A DNA stretch of 47,308 bases from a virus (Duplodnaviria > Caudoviricetes): the IMG/VR virus record IMGVR_UViG_3300011441_000015, positions 1 to 47,308 of that record; one strand, 5' to 3'. This document shows positions 45,593 through 47,308 of this stretch, in pieces (within the stretch, counting starts at the first letter, position 1; every line of letters starts with the position of its first letter). The notes under the pieces are model-generated. The model was not told the origin of the DNA. It did not search any database and saw only the letters and a program-made list of their open reading frames with translations. Made by a program: the position numbers and the translations under genes.

Positions 45593-46179
45593 TGCTGTCC
45601 TCCGAGTTGCGCGAGTAGCGCGGCCAGGTACTTCGAGGGTTCGCTATACTGCTCCACCCCCTGCGCGATCTGTGACTGTCCGTCCCCTTGTAGCAGTCCC
45701 GGTATGGATGCCATAGATGGCATACCCGTCGATGGGGCCGCCGCCGCGCCGCCACCGGCCTCGCCCCACTGCCAGCCCTTCCCGCCTTCGCCCATCGCGC
45801 GGATCACGTCGAACTGGCCGATGCCCTTGAAGTCGTCATGCAACTGGCCGCCGACGTTCAGCACGTCGCCCTTGTTGCCGCCGAACGACGCCTCCTTGAA
45901 GTAGCCCGACTCGTCGCCTTGCAGCCGCCGCAACAGCTCGTCGCGGTCGTTGACGCCCAGGCCCTGCGCGTGCTTCGCAAACACGTACTTGGGGCTGGTA
46001 TGGCCCGAACCCATCTTGCCGGCGTCGAAGCCTTCCAGGCCCAGCGCCGGACCCTTGGCCGCATACGGTGCAGGCTGACCGGGCGGCGGCTCAATCGTGC
46101 CGGGATCGAGCGGCGGGGCAAACCCCGTCTTCGGCTTCGCCGGGTCCATCTGCTCCATCAACGAGTCGAGATACGCCAT
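45589..46179 (-). CDS. Hypothetical virion-module protein
   Basis: AAGGGAG SD, MAYLDSLMEQ. Confidence 0.55.
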   Translation of the reverse strand: MAYLDSLMEQMDPAKPKTGFAPPLDPGTIEPPPGQPAPYAAKGPALGLEGFDAGKMGSGHTSPKYVFAKHAQGLGVNDRDELLRRLQGDESGYFKEASFGGNKGDVLNVGGQLHDDFKGIGQFDVIRAMGEGGKGWQWGEAGGGAAAAPSTGMPSMASIPGLLQGDGQSQIAQGVEQYSEPSKYLAALLAQLGGQQ

Positions 46180-46195
46180 GTCTGCTCCCTTACCG

Positions 46196-47083
46196 TTACA
46201 ATCCCTGCACGCGCCAGCGCGCCGTGGTCGCGTCGTACCACAGGTCCACGCTGTCATTCGGGCTGAGGGTCACGTTCGCGGCGCCAGGACACGCGAATTG
46301 CATCGCCGCCGTCGAACTCCCAGACGCATGGACCAGCACCACGTCAAACGCGCCCACGTTCCAGATCGTCAACACGTTGCCGTTGGTCACGTTCGTCAGG
46401 CCGGTAATGTTCCGTGAGGCGTCCGTCGATACGCGCAGAATCCGTGCCGTGAGAATGTCCGTTGGGGCGTAGTCGTTCTGGTCGCCGGTGATCTGCGTGG
46501 GCGTGATCACGCCTGACAGCACCTCGCTCCCCTGGAGCGTCCACGTCCCGGTCAGTTTGTGGTTGATGCTGTAGATCGCCGCGAGCCGCTTCCCGCTGGC
46601 GTCCTCGCCCACTTGAATCCCGCGCAGGGCCGTGAACGTGGAGTTGAGCGCCAGGATCACGTTGGTCGTGTCGTCCACCAGCCGCAGCGCCGGCACCGTC
46701 CCTGACCGCGTGACGTAGAACAGCACCATCTCCGTGCCCGACACGCCAGGCGACTGCGCGGGACGCACGCCCCACACCCACTCGCCCATGCGAATCCCAC
46801 CCACATCCCCGTTCGGAGACGTCCCGGTCGTGACTTCCCCGATCTCGACCTGGTTGGCGCTATCCCCCGACTGCGCGATGACATCGCCGGTAAACGTGCC
46901 GTCGCCCTCTGTCGTCACATCGCCCGTCACCGTCACCGAGTCCGCCGTGACCGCGCCGTGCGTGCCGTCGTCGTGGTGCTCCACCGCCCAGAGCGCATTG
47001 ATGCGCGTCAGCACGAAGTCCAGCGCGTTGTTCAGGAACGGGACGCTGGTCAGTTCCGAGCGGCGCGGGTTCTGGAGATTCAT
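46196..47083 (-). CDS. Tail fibre/spike-like protein
   Basis: EHHDDGTH motif; beta-rich C-terminal domain ending RWRV. Confidence 0.6.
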   Translation of the reverse strand: MNLQNPRRSELTSVPFLNNALDFVLTRINALWAVEHHDDGTHGAVTADSVTVTGDVTTEGDGTFTGDVIAQSGDSANQVEIGEVTTGTSPNGDVGGIRMGEWVWGVRPAQSPGVSGTEMVLFYVTRSGTVPALRLVDDTTNVILALNSTFTALRGIQVGEDASGKRLAAIYSINHKLTGTWTLQGSEVLSGVITPTQITGDQNDYAPTDILTARILRVSTDASRNITGLTNVTNGNVLTIWNVGAFDVVLVHASGSSTAAMQFACPGAANVTLSPNDSVDLWYDATTARWRVQGL

Positions 47084-47301
47084 CGCCCTTCCGCCGGTTC
47101 ATACGTCGCCACGAACGCATCAAGCGTCCCGAACCCCGGATCGGTCGCGCCGCCGTCGCCAATCCGGAACCGCACCGTGCCGAGGCTCCCGAGCTGCAGC
47201 CCTTCCACCTTGCGCTGCACATGCGTCTCGGAGAACTCCGGGGCCAGGCTCACCAGATGCTGGTCGCTCGTCTCCCGCCCGAAGTCTGTTCGCGCCGACA
47301 C
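47080..47301 (-). CDS. 3' end of the tail nozzle gene that starts at 1680
   Basis: Codon 47299-47301 equals codon 1-3 of the terminal repeat, same frame. Confidence 0.75.
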   Translation of the reverse strand: MSARTDFGRETSDQHLVSLAPEFSETHVQRKVEGLQLGSLGTVRFRIGDGGATDPGFGTLDAFVATYEPAEGR

Positions 47302-47308
47302 CGTGACC

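Overview
The window is an apparently complete, circularly permuted, GC-rich tailed-phage genome. Its first and last 10 nt are identical (CACCGTGACC), and a tail gene reads in frame across the junction. Nearly all genes lie on the minus strand. The virion layout is podovirus-like: terS, a terL split into ATPase and nuclease ORFs, portal, scaffold, major capsid, adaptor and nozzle, probable ejection proteins and no tape measure. A lysis cassette follows. There is a divergent cI/cro-like switch but no integrase, ParA, polymerase, helicase or primase. Main observations: (1) a neuB-neuC-neuA CMP-sialic/nonulosonic acid pathway, plus a CstII/Maf-like transferase, a GT47-like glycosyltransferase and a methyltransferase inside the head module, suggesting phage-encoded virion sialylation; (2) a XerC/D dif-like site with an adjacent IHF consensus over the terS stop codon, suggesting integrase-free integration or plasmid-like maintenance; (3) a ~470-bp structured non-coding region with convergent promoters resembling plasmid antisense copy control, upstream of a truncated replication-initiator-like gene; (4) several late-operon proteins with Sec signal peptides, two sharing a C-terminal motif; (5) an intact IS1595-family element (22-bp TIRs, 8-bp TSD) with passenger genes; (6) two Mom-like DNA-modification genes. 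An Acidobacteriota (Vicinamibacteria-like) host is a tentative inference. All product calls come from motif recognition by eye; no database searches were run.
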